Positions 49,597 through 58,932 of a stretch of DNA of 64,000 bases are shown piece by piece. This DNA is from Candidatus Latescibacterota bacterium (GTDB taxonomy: Bacteria > Latescibacterota > UBA2968 > UBA8231): NCBI GenBank assembly GCA_965223905.1, contig CBDCXV010000010.1, forward strand, positions 1,216,001 through 1,280,000. The letters are read 5' to 3'. The notes under the pieces were generated by a model. The model did no database searches. It saw nothing but the letters and a program-made list of their open reading frames with translations, and had not been told where the DNA came from. How positions within the stretch are numbered: position 1 is the first letter of the stretch; the number at the start of each line of letters is the position of its first letter. Both the position numbers and the translations under genes were made by a program.

Positions 49597-50313
49597 TCAG
49601 GTCCAGTTCACGAAAACCAGGTTTTCCAGGTCGTCGACAACGATTTCTACGGAGGAGGGGTCCATCGGTTCGAACCCTTCGAAGTGGTAGTCCGGGATCT
49701 CTACCCCTTTCCCTACGCTGTATCCTGGTTCGAACTCCTCGACCCACTGGATGCCATCGACATTCTCCCCGGTGGAGAAGATCACGCAGTGCCGGGTCGC
49801 CCCTCCCAGGATGTTCTCGAAGTAGTCGTAGTCTTCGGGAAGGATCCCCGGTTCTTCCATCCCGGTCGCCGAGGGTTTGGCAATCAGGAGATAGGCGACC
49901 CCCAGGTTCCGGTTCAGCGCCTCGGGGGGCGGAGTTTCGGAGAGGACCATTTCGAAGGTCAGGTCCTGGGCGTTGACGGTTCCTTCTCCGAAGAAGTAGT
50001 TGTAGTCCTCGCCCGTCACCACACCCCACCAGGCCACAACTTTCGCCCCGGTCAGGTCGGCTCCGGTTTCGTTCCGGATAGTTCCGGAAACCACGAACTC
50101 CTCCTCCGGCCCTTCGGGTTCCGGCGCTTGTTCGGCTGTCCCGGCGGTGCGTTGTTCGGCCAGGTTGTTGACGCTTGCCACCGGCTGGCTCCGGGTAATG
50201 GGGCTGCTGATTCGCTTTGCAGCCGGTGGGTTTTGGCTTTTGACCGGGCTGCTGTTGTCCGAGCAGGATACCAGCAACACCCCGGCCAAAAGGCCCAACA
50301 GTACTCTTCTCAT
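49597..50313 (-). CDS. acidic hypothetical lipoprotein
   Basis: MRRVLLGLLAGVLLVSC lipobox; AAGGA RBS. Confidence 0.7.
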   Translation of the reverse strand: MRRVLLGLLAGVLLVSCSDNSSPVKSQNPPAAKRISSPITRSQPVASVNNLAEQRTAGTAEQAPEPEGPEEEFVVSGTIRNETGADLTGAKVVAWWGVVTGEDYNYFFGEGTVNAQDLTFEMVLSETPPPEALNRNLGVAYLLIAKPSATGMEEPGILPEDYDYFENILGGATRHCVIFSTGENVDGIQWVEEFEPGYSVGKGVEIPDYHFEGFEPMDPSSVEIVVDDLENLVFVNWT

Positions 50314-50338
50314 GGTGTGTCCTTCCTTCAGTTGCGGA

Positions 50339-51049
50339 TCAAGTGGGAATAGCCGCCAGGAATTCCTTTTCAAATCGCACCGCCTCCGACAGCCGTGCGG
50401 CCACCCGCGGCCATGCCTTCCCTATTTTCTTTTGCCTACGTCTATAGTCCTCCGGACGTTTCCCAAACCGCTTTGCCTTGGGAAGATTCCCTAGTTGAGC
50501 CCCCGGATTAGAACGGCATTCCCAGTCGTTGCGTTGGACCAGGGAATTGTTGGGCCAGACGGCAGCAACCACCCAAGCCTCGATATTCTTGGAAGGCGTG
50601 CATAATACCACCTTCGGAGGACACTTAAATTCGCCGAGCCAGTTGAGCACAACCGGTCGCAAGGCGTTGGTCGTACTACTTGGAGGCGGACAGGGTTTTT
50701 CACAAGGCAAATCATTGCGCGGTGCGTCTCGAATGCTTCCACTGCAATAATTTGTTCCTGCAACGTCCGCGTCTACGTGGACGATCAGAACGTCATTGAA
50801 AGAAAGTACCGAAGAACCGGACACGGAACCTCCTCCCTCCGAGGCGGATTGACGGCACCAGCGATAGACTCCGACCCACCCAACACCTGTTTCTCCTGAT
50901 GTCCCCGTATCAAAGGCGCTGGATCCTTCCGGCTGCAATGTCTGGAAAACGAAGTCGGTGTCCGGCAACAACCCGTCCAGAATGGCCCCTATTACGATTG
51001 CGTCGGTAGGTCCTTCGACGGCAACCGCGATACGCAGCGGTTCAGACAT
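50339..51049 (-). CDS. TOPRIM-like (DUF4276/RloB-like) putative nuclease
   Basis: VAVEGPTD, IVHVDAD and IEAW motifs; overlaps the ATPase stop. Confidence 0.6.
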   Translation of the reverse strand: MSEPLRIAVAVEGPTDAIVIGAILDGLLPDTDFVFQTLQPEGSSAFDTGTSGETGVGWVGVYRWCRQSASEGGGSVSGSSVLSFNDVLIVHVDADVAGTNYCSGSIRDAPRNDLPCEKPCPPPSSTTNALRPVVLNWLGEFKCPPKVVLCTPSKNIEAWVVAAVWPNNSLVQRNDWECRSNPGAQLGNLPKAKRFGKRPEDYRRRQKKIGKAWPRVAARLSEAVRFEKEFLAAIPT

Positions 51050-52256
51050 CCGGGACACCCCCCAGGTGCCCCATCACCCACAGTCGAGACAAGGTCCAGC
51101 CCTGGTCCGCTTTTTCCCTCATGCTCTCATCGACGACCACCGGGCGGACGGAAGTGCGGCCCGAGTTGGTTCGGGACACGGCGAACAAACGCACGCGGTC
51201 ATCCTGCAATGGAAGCCCATCCAGAACCAGCGGATTGTGCGTCGTCAGCAGGATCTGTCGTGGCTCTTCTGCTTCCAGGTACCACCGGCACAAATGCTCC
51301 ATCAAGGACCGGGCCAACCTTGGATTCAATCCGTGATCGGCATTGTCTACCGCACATAGTCGGGGACTTTGTTTATGTCCTGAAATCACTGCGAGAAACA
51401 GAACGTACAAGGCGCCTTCAGAAGCATCGTACCCCGATATAATGTTTCGCCCCTTTCGCATGAATCTGTCCCGAAAGCGGATCACGGAATCCGATGCTGC
51501 AGCAGCTGGAGAGAGAGCCAATTTGGCTGAAGATGTAAACCCATAGCTCTCCGCCCAATCGACAAGCCTCAGGGCCTCCCTGCAAATCTGTTTACTGTTT
51601 TGATCCTCTCCACTTTGATCCTCTCCACGTTGTTTAAGTAGCTCCTTTATTGCTTGCGGCAGGTTCCCGCCAGACAAGCCTAAGGGCTGTCTTGGTTGCG
51701 TTTCCGGTGCAACACCGCGCAATACAGGTGTTGTCGGGGAAAAAATGACATAGTCCTGCAACAACCTTAAGAGATCCAGAGCGGCACCGCTGTCGACTTC
51801 CACGGCCTTCAGTGCAGCCAGTCCCCGTTCGGGATTGGTTTTTTGGGCTTGTGCGGGAGAACGATCAAAATTCTCAATGCCGTCACCTTCCCACCGCTCT
51901 GTCTTGAATTTCCAGGCCGGCGCCGGATCATTAAGCGGATTGTGCAGGGAAACTTCGTAATTCGCTCGCGCGTTTTGCCCTCCGAAATACAGATGTGGAG
52001 GGATTTTATTTCCCGGTCTTCCGGGGAAGGCGGACTTGTAAAGAGCGGGAAGGCCGGGACGGACACCTCGGGCCAACAAGCTTTGATCGTCGACCTTGCC
52101 GTCCGAGGCCGCAGAGAGAACTCCCAAGGCCTCGAGCAAGTTGCTTTTTCCGCTGCCGTTGGCGCCGATGAAGACATTGACTAGTCCCAAGTCGACGGTC
52201 ACGTCCTCCAGGGACTTGAATGTCCTGACGGTTAGAGTCTCGAGCACTTGTCGCAT
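51042..52256 (-). CDS. ABC-superfamily (AAA_21/AAA_15-like) ATPase
   Basis: FKSL, GANGSGKSN, ASEG, VDNADHGLNP, TTHNP. Confidence 0.85.
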   Translation of the reverse strand: MRQVLETLTVRTFKSLEDVTVDLGLVNVFIGANGSGKSNLLEALGVLSAASDGKVDDQSLLARGVRPGLPALYKSAFPGRPGNKIPPHLYFGGQNARANYEVSLHNPLNDPAPAWKFKTERWEGDGIENFDRSPAQAQKTNPERGLAALKAVEVDSGAALDLLRLLQDYVIFSPTTPVLRGVAPETQPRQPLGLSGGNLPQAIKELLKQRGEDQSGEDQNSKQICREALRLVDWAESYGFTSSAKLALSPAAAASDSVIRFRDRFMRKGRNIISGYDASEGALYVLFLAVISGHKQSPRLCAVDNADHGLNPRLARSLMEHLCRWYLEAEEPRQILLTTHNPLVLDGLPLQDDRVRLFAVSRTNSGRTSVRPVVVDESMREKADQGWTLSRLWVMGHLGGVPDV

Positions 52257-52505
52257 CTCAGATCCTGTTGCTCCTGGGCACGAAATCACCGGGCCTGGAC
52301 TTTACGCTCTCACTGCCCATTGTGTCTCCCAAGGTAAAGATAGCACGGGGGTAGGCAAGGATTTCAGGAGCGCTCTTCCCGTCCTTTCCGCCAGTATATC
52401 CAGGCGCAAAAACAGCTTGCAGCGCGCCAATAGCTTGCGGTGGCAAAGCTTGAGTTCAGCAGAAGATCCGCAGGCGAGGCGATCACTCCATTCCCGGGAA
52501 ATCCG

Positions 52506-53561
52506 CTAACTCCAGGCCTCCCTGAGCAGGCGGATCCAGTTGCCGTGCATGATCCCGGCGATGTCGGCGGCGCTGTAGCCCCGCTCCTCGAGCAGGGCGG
52601 GGATGCGCTGCAGGTCGGCTATGGTGTCGATGTCGGCCGGGCTCTGCTCCTTGCCGTAGCCGCCGTCGAGGTCGGTGCCGATGGCGGCGTGACCGGCGTT
52701 GCCCGCCACCTGGCAGACGTGGTCGATGTGGTCGACCACCGTCTCAAGCGTGATGCCGGTGTTGTCGACCACCTGCCTGTCCCAGCGGGGGGACAGCATC
52801 CAGTCGTCGAAGGCGGTGCCGATGACGCCGCCGCGCTCGACCAGCGCCTTTATCTGCCGGTCGTCGAGCTGGCGGTCGTGGTCGCACAGGGCGCGGCAGC
52901 AGTTGTGGGTGGCGATGACGCGCCCTCCGAAAACCTCGAGCGCCTCCCAGAACGCCTGCTCCGCGAGGTGGCTGACGTCGAGGATCATGCCGGCTTCCTG
53001 CAGCGCCCCGAGCATCGGCGCCCCCCTCGGGGTGAGGCCGCCGGGCGCCTGGGTGCCGTGGGAGTAGGAGCTGATCCCGTAGTGGCAGAGGCTGACGATG
53101 CGCAGGCCCTCGTCCCACCATTCCGCCACCTGCTCCTCGCCGACGATGCCGTCGGCCCCCTCCATCGAGAGCACGAAACCGAGCGGCGCCGAGGCGCTGT
53201 CCCGCTCCCAATCCCGCAGGTGGGCGTCGAGGCCGGCGGCGTCGCGGATCTGTCTGAGAACCCCCTTCGCCTCCATGAGCCGGTAGTAGGCGACCTCGCC
53301 GCGGCACTTGGCGTAGGCGATGTCCTGGGTGCGCACCCCGGGGAAGCGCTTCCCCACGGAGGCCAGGCGGCTGTGGCAGGTGGCCACGAAGAGGCCGATC
53401 TCGCCGCGGCGCAGCTCGTCGAAGCAGACCACGTTGAGGCCGCGCCCCTTGCCGGCCATCCCGGCTTCGGACTCCCGTATCGCCGCGATCGGCTGCAGCA
53501 GGTCGCGGTTCCACTCCAGGGCGTTGTAGGCGATATCGAGGTGTGAATCGACGATCAGCAT
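52506..53561 (-). CDS. membrane dipeptidase (M19) family protein
   Basis: DSHLD, SMEGAD, LDVSH, THN, HIDH, IGTDLDG. Confidence 0.9.
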   Translation of the reverse strand: MLIVDSHLDIAYNALEWNRDLLQPIAAIRESEAGMAGKGRGLNVVCFDELRRGEIGLFVATCHSRLASVGKRFPGVRTQDIAYAKCRGEVAYYRLMEAKGVLRQIRDAAGLDAHLRDWERDSASAPLGFVLSMEGADGIVGEEQVAEWWDEGLRIVSLCHYGISSYSHGTQAPGGLTPRGAPMLGALQEAGMILDVSHLAEQAFWEALEVFGGRVIATHNCCRALCDHDRQLDDRQIKALVERGGVIGTAFDDWMLSPRWDRQVVDNTGITLETVVDHIDHVCQVAGNAGHAAIGTDLDGGYGKEQSPADIDTIADLQRIPALLEERGYSAADIAGIMHGNWIRLLREAWS

Positions 53562-53598
53562 GGGGGGCACTCCAGAAGGTTGGGTTCTGTGGATACGG

Positions 53599-54564
53599 TC
53601 AGCGGGATCGCGGAACCGCCAGCTCGGCGAGCAGCTCCCCCCAGCTGCGCCGTTCCCGCTCCGGATCGACCAGCGCGGCCCGCTCGGAGCAGTGCCGGCG
53701 CAGCCGGCGCAGGAACAGATCATCTTTTTCGCAGCGCAGCATAAGGTCGGCGAGGGCGCGGGTGTCTCCGACCGGGAAGTACCCGGGGTAGTCCTCGCCG
53801 AGGATGCCCACCGACCCGTCGATGCGGGTGGAAAGCACCGGCACCCCGCAGGCGATGGCCTCGCAGACGACGTGGGCGCCCCCCTCCATTTCCGAGGTCA
53901 GCACGAGCGCGCGGCTGCGGGCGATCTCGCGCACCGCGCGCCAGCGCGGCAGCTCCCCGAGCCAGCGGTAGCGCCGGTTTTCCCGCTGCTCCCGCAGCGC
54001 CCGGACCGCCATGTCGTCGCTGAGCGCGGCGCCGGCATGGCGCACCCGGATGCGCGAGCCGGGCGGCAGCAGGCGGCTGGCCTCGGCGGCGCGGAACGGG
54101 TCCTTGACCGGGCGCAGGTGGCCGACCACGGAGAGGTTGAAGGTGCGGGCCCGCGAGGAGGGTTCGCGGCTCGGAGGAACGATCGACTGGTAGATGACGC
54201 GGGCCCGGCCCCGGAACCGCTCGGGCAGGGCCGCGGCTCCCAGCTCCTGCAGTACGACGCAGCGGTCGGCCAGCTCGAGGGATCTCCGCGCCTCGGGATC
54301 GGTTTGGATGTCGCGGTAGAGGTCGGTGCCGGTCAGCGCCAGGACGATGGGCCGTTCCGGGTGGGCCGCGGCGAAGCGCGCCAGGGACGCGGCCGAACGC
54401 CGCGCGTGCAGCGCCACCAGCAGGTCGCAGTGCTGGCGCCCGAACTCCTCGGCCACGGCGACGGTGTGGCCGAGCTCCCGCAGGATGCGCCGCCAGCGCA
54501 TCGCCGTGACCCGGTTCCCCTTGCGCGAGCCGGGGGGCGCCGGCGTTACGATCAGGATCCTCAC
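53599..54564 (-). CDS. senB: selenoneine biosynthesis selenosugar synthase (GT-B glycosyltransferase)
   Basis: GNRVTAMRW, ALHARRS, LTGTDLY, VGHLRPVKDP, SEMEGGA; adjacent to senA and selD. Confidence 0.85.
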   Translation of the reverse strand: MRILIVTPAPPGSRKGNRVTAMRWRRILRELGHTVAVAEEFGRQHCDLLVALHARRSAASLARFAAAHPERPIVLALTGTDLYRDIQTDPEARRSLELADRCVVLQELGAAALPERFRGRARVIYQSIVPPSREPSSRARTFNLSVVGHLRPVKDPFRAAEASRLLPPGSRIRVRHAGAALSDDMAVRALREQRENRRYRWLGELPRWRAVREIARSRALVLTSEMEGGAHVVCEAIACGVPVLSTRIDGSVGILGEDYPGYFPVGDTRALADLMLRCEKDDLFLRRLRRHCSERAALVDPERERRSWGELLAELAVPRSR

Positions 54565-54730
54565 GGGGCTCGCAGCTCCCGGCGCCGGTGGAGTCCCGGG
54601 GCCGCCAGGCTCTGAGGGCCGGCGCTCTCCCCGGGAGCGGCAAATCCGGGGAACCCAGGTAGCCGCTCCGGGCGGCTATTCAGACTGCCGGGACACCCCG
54701 TTGCGCCTCCCCCGGGCAGCCGGTCCGCGG

Positions 54731-56037
54731 TCACGGGGCGCACGTGCGGAACCCGGTGAGGACGTCGCCGCGGTCCGGGGTCTGGAAGTTGCGGTAGTTG
54801 CTGCGGATCAGCCGCGAGCGCGTCGCCCAGCAGCCGCCGCGCATCACCTTGCGGGTGCCGAACCAGGGCTCGGAGTAATCCTTGTAGGGATCCGGAGTGA
54901 ATCCCGGGAAGGGCTGGAAATCGGAGCTCGTCCACTCCCAGACGTTGCCGATCATCTGGCGGCAGCCGTGAGCGCTGTCGCCGCCGGGGTATGCGCCGAC
55001 GTCGACGGTGCCCATGCCGCGCCAGTCGAGGTTGGCGAGGTCGGGCGCCGGCGGGCGGTCGCCCCAGGGATAACGGCGCTTGGCCGCGCCGTTACCGGGA
55101 CCGCGCGGTCCCGGCTCGGTAGTGGCCGCGGCCTCCCACTCCGCTTCGGCCGGCAGGCGCCTGCCGGCCCAGCGGCAGTACGCGTCCGCCTCGAACCAGT
55201 TGACGTGGATGACCGCCTTGTCCGGCTCGAGCGGCACCCAGGAATCGAAGTGCCGGCGCTCCCATCCGCGGCCCGCCCGGCGAAAGTAGCGGTGGCCGGC
55301 CGCGTCGCTTTGCTGCCGCCACCCCAGCCTTCGTCGCACCAGTGCTCCGGCTTCCCGTAGCCGTCGTCGTCGACGAAGGCGGCGTACTCCGCCTGGGTGA
55401 CGCAGGCGCGGGCGATGCGGAAGGGCTCGAGCTCCACCGCGAACGCCCACTTCTCGTTGTCGAACACGAACGGCTCCTCCGGCGTCGACCCGAGCATGAA
55501 GGAGCCCCCCGGGATCTCGACGTCCCCCGGCAGGGGGCCGCCCCCGGGAATTCCGGTCCCGTCGAGGCCGGTCAGCTGCGGCCGCGGGTAGCCGTGGGTC
55601 TGGCGCGTGTACGTGAACGCCTCGGTGTGCATGTCCTCGTGCAGGGTGCTGTAGAGTGCGTGGTAAAGCAGCTCTTCGGAAGGGCCGCCGGCGAGGTGCC
55701 GCAGCAAGCGGTCGCGGACCTCGCGCATGTACTCGAGGGTCTCTTCGCGCGAGGGCAGCGGCAGGTCCCAGCGCGTGTCGTGGGCGATCTCCATCGAGTC
55801 GTAGAGGGCGTCCTCGTCCTCGCGGACGGGGCGCTCGCCGCAGGCGTGCCGGAGCGCCCACAGCGACTGGAACCAGGCGTGGTGCCCCATCTCCCAGAGG
55901 CCGGGGTTGACGGTGGAAAGCTCCGGGCCCATCAGCTGCCCGTCGCTGAGGTCGCCGACGAGCTCGAAGGTGCGCTCCCTGGCGTCTCGCACCCAATCGG
56001 CAAGCTCTTCGGGGGACGCCAGCTGTCGGACGGACAT
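54731..56037 (-). CDS. senA: selenoneine synthase (EgtB-like DinB + FGE-sulfatase domains); 1-nt deletion in a G run near 55323
   Basis: WEMGH, HEDMHTE, FDNEK, RLPAEAEWE, GNVWEW, YSEPWFG, GFRT; context with senB/selD. Confidence 0.82.
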
Positions 56038-56205
56038 GGTTCCTTCCCTGTTGCTGTTCCTGTTGCAGGGGTCGGGCGATTCCCGATGCCCCCTGAGTGT
56101 AGTCAGTCCCCGGCTCGGGGCAACCGCGTTGCCTCGGGGCGGCGACCTGAATAAGTTGTCGCCCGCACCGAATAGACCCCCACATCGACGAACCGACGGA
56201 TACCC

Positions 56206-57261
56206 ATGGCGCTGCACTCAAAAGAGAAGACCCTGACCAGCCTCGCCAAGACCTGCGGGTGAGCGGCCAAGGCGAGCCCGGTCGGGCTCGAGAAGCTGTT
56301 GGCCGGCCTGCCGCGCAAGTCGGACCCCAACCTGCTGGTCGGATTCGAGACCAGCGACGACGCCGGGGTCTACCGGCTCGGGGACGACACCGCCATCGTC
56401 GTCACCGCGGACTTCATCACGCCGCCGGTCGACGACCCGTTCACCTTCGGCCAGATCGGCGCCGCCAACTCCCTGAGCGACGTCTACGCCATGGGGGGGC
56501 GGCCGGTCGCATGCCTCAACCTGATCGGGTTTCCCGAGGAGGATCTCGGCCCCGAAGTGCTGCACGGAATCGTCGAGGGGGCGTTGAGCAAGATCACCGA
56601 GGCGGGGGCGGTGCTGGCCGGCGGCCACACCACCAACGACGACGAGCCGAAGTTCGGGCTCTCGGTAACCGGGGTGGTGCACCCGGACAGGTACTGGCGC
56701 AACGCCGGGGCCCGGCCCGGGGACGCGCTGATACTGACCAAGCCGATCGGCAGCGGCGTGATCTTCAACGCCAACCTCAGGAACGCGCTCCCGGCAGCCG
56801 CCCTGAACCGGACCCTGGCGGTGCTGACCGAGCTGAACAGGACCGCGGCCGAGACCCTGGCCCGGTTCGACGTGCACGCGGCGACCGACATCACCGGCTT
56901 CGGGCTCGCCGGGCACGCCCTGGAGATGGCCAAAGGCTCCGGGGTTACCCTGGAAATCGACGTCGACTCGGTGCCGACCCTGCCGGAAGCGCTGGAGATG
57001 TACGAGCGCGGCATCACCACCGGGGCCAACGCCGAGAACCGGGCGCAGGTCGGGGAGGCCGCCCTGTACGAGAAGGAGCTGCCGGGAAAACAGGGCGAGA
57101 TCCTGGTCGACCCGCAGACCAGCGGCGGCCTGTTCGCCGCGGTTCCCGAGGCCCAGGCCGGGGCCGCGGTCGAGGCCCTGCAGCAGGCCGGCGTGGAAAC
57201 CGCCTGCATCGTCGGCCGCGCCGTCAGCCTGTCGCCGCCGCATTACCTGAAGTTCCAGTAG
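56206..57261 (+). CDS. selD: selenide, water dikinase; selenocysteine at codon 19 (TGA 56260-56262)
   Basis: ATG 56206 in frame: ...AKTCG-U-AAK...; DDAGV, ANSLSDVYAMGG, GGHT, TDITGFGL, DPQTSGGL. Confidence 0.93.
56273..56290 (+). promoter_or_regulatory. SECIS element of selD (CGAGCCC-GGTC-GGGCTCG)
   Basis: Perfect 7-bp stem after a 10-nt spacer from the UGA; GGU loop at +18. Confidence 0.8.
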
Positions 57262-57343
57262 GGGACCGTTGGTCCTGCACCGTTTCCCCATCCAAAATCC
57301 ATATCGGATCCACATCATCACGCGTTATTAAAGGAGGACGAGA

Positions 57344-58203
57344 TTGAAACTTCGCAGGACCTGCTGTGCCCTGGCCATTGCCTTGGCGGGGCAGGCATCG
57401 GCCGCGGACATGTTCCGCTTCACGGCGATTCCCGATCAGAACACCGCCCGCCTCAAGGAGCGCTTCGACCGCGTCGCCGGATACCTGTCGGGCAAGCTGG
57501 GGATCTCGTCGAGTACATACCGGTCAAGTCGTACGCGGCCTCGGTGAACGCCTTCAAGAACGACGAGGTTCAGCTCGCCTGGTTCGGCGGACTGTCGGGG
57601 GTCAAGGCGCGGCGCGCCGTGCCCGGGTCGCAGGCGATCGCCCAGGGGGAGGAGGACCTGCAGTTCGTCACCTACTTCATCGCCAACGCCCGCACCGGCA
57701 TCGAGCCGGGGGAGGAGTTCCCCGCGGCGATCGCGGGCCGCACCTTCACCTTCGGTTCCAAGGGGTCCACTTCGGGGCGCCTGATGCCGGAGTTCTACAT
57801 CAGGCAGCATTTCGAGAAGGCGCCGGGCGAGGTCTTCAAGCGCGTCGGCTTCAGCGGCGACCACTCCAAGACCCTCGCCCTGGTGCAGTCGGGCAGCTAC
57901 GAGGCCGGGGCCCTGAACTTCAAGGTGTTCGACAAGGAGAAGGCGGCCGGCAACGTCGACTCGACCAAGGTGAGCGTCATCTGGCGCACCCCGGCCTACC
58001 CGGACTACAACTGGTCGATCCGCGGCGACGTCGAGGAGAAGTACGGCGAGGGCTTCATCGCCAAGGTCCGCGACGCCCTGCTGGCGCTCGACGACCGCGA
58101 GATCCTCGACCAGTTCCCGCGCACCCGCTTCATCGCCGCGGACAACTCGATGTACGGCCCCATACTCGAGACCGGGACCGCCATCGGCATCTTCGAGCAA
58201 TGA
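57344..58203 (+). CDS. PhnD-like substrate-binding protein of the putative selenate/selenium-associated ABC transporter; 1-nt deletion near 57506
   Basis: Signal peptide; FTAIPDQ, (V)EYIPVKSYAASV, AWFGGLSGV, FGSKGSTSGRLMP, YPDYNW; AAGGAGG RBS. Confidence 0.8.
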
Positions 58204-58235
58204 GCCGGGCCATCCCGGCAGCGGCGTCCTGACCC

Positions 58236-58920
58236 GTGTACGATCTCCAAGACCTGAGCGTTGCCTACGAGGACACGCCGGTCCTGGCCGGCGTCTCCCT
58301 GCGCATCGGCGCCAGGGGAGAAGGTCGTCGTCATCGGCCCCAGCGGCGTCGGCAAGACGACCCTGCTGAAGAAGCTGTACGAGCTGCGCCAGGAGCAGTG
58401 CGCGTTCATTCACCAGGACTACGCGCTGGTGCCGCAGCTGTCGGCGTTCCACAACGTCTACATCGGCCGCCTCGACCAGCGCCCCACCACCAGGAACCTG
58501 CTGAACCTCATCCGTCCGGGGCGCGGCGAAATCGAGCAGATCCGGCCGATCTTCGCGGCCCTCGGCATGGAGGAGAAGATGTTCGAGCGGGTCAGCAATC
58601 TCTCGGGAGGGCAGCAGCAGCGGGTCGCGGTCGGCCGCGCCGTGTACCGCGGCTGCGACGTCATCCTCGGCGACGAACCGGTTTCCGCAATCGATCCGCT
58701 GCAGGCCGGGACCGTGCTGCAGCTGATCCGCGACAGCTCCGCCACCGTCGTCCTCGCCATGCACGACGTCAACCTGGCGCTGGCCCACTTCCCGCGCATC
58801 GTCGGGCTGCGCGAAGGGGGCCTCGCCTTCGACCTGCCGGCCGCCGACGTCGACGAGGGGATCCTCGCCGACCTCTACCGCAGCGAGGCAAGCGCAGTTC
58901 TGCCGCCGGCACTTTCGTAG
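58236..58920 (+). CDS. PhnC-like ABC ATP-binding protein; 1-nt insertion near 58313
   Basis: GPSGVGKTT, LSGGQQQRVA, LGDEP, MHD; the N-terminal YDLQDLSVAY is in another frame. Confidence 0.82.
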
Positions 58921-58932
58921 AGACCGCCTCGG

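Noticed and set aside
54565-54730. Hairpins between senA and senB (e.g. TAGCCGC-TCCGG-GCGGCTA) as a riboswitch
   Set aside because: Short GC-rich stems are common here and no known aptamer consensus is visible
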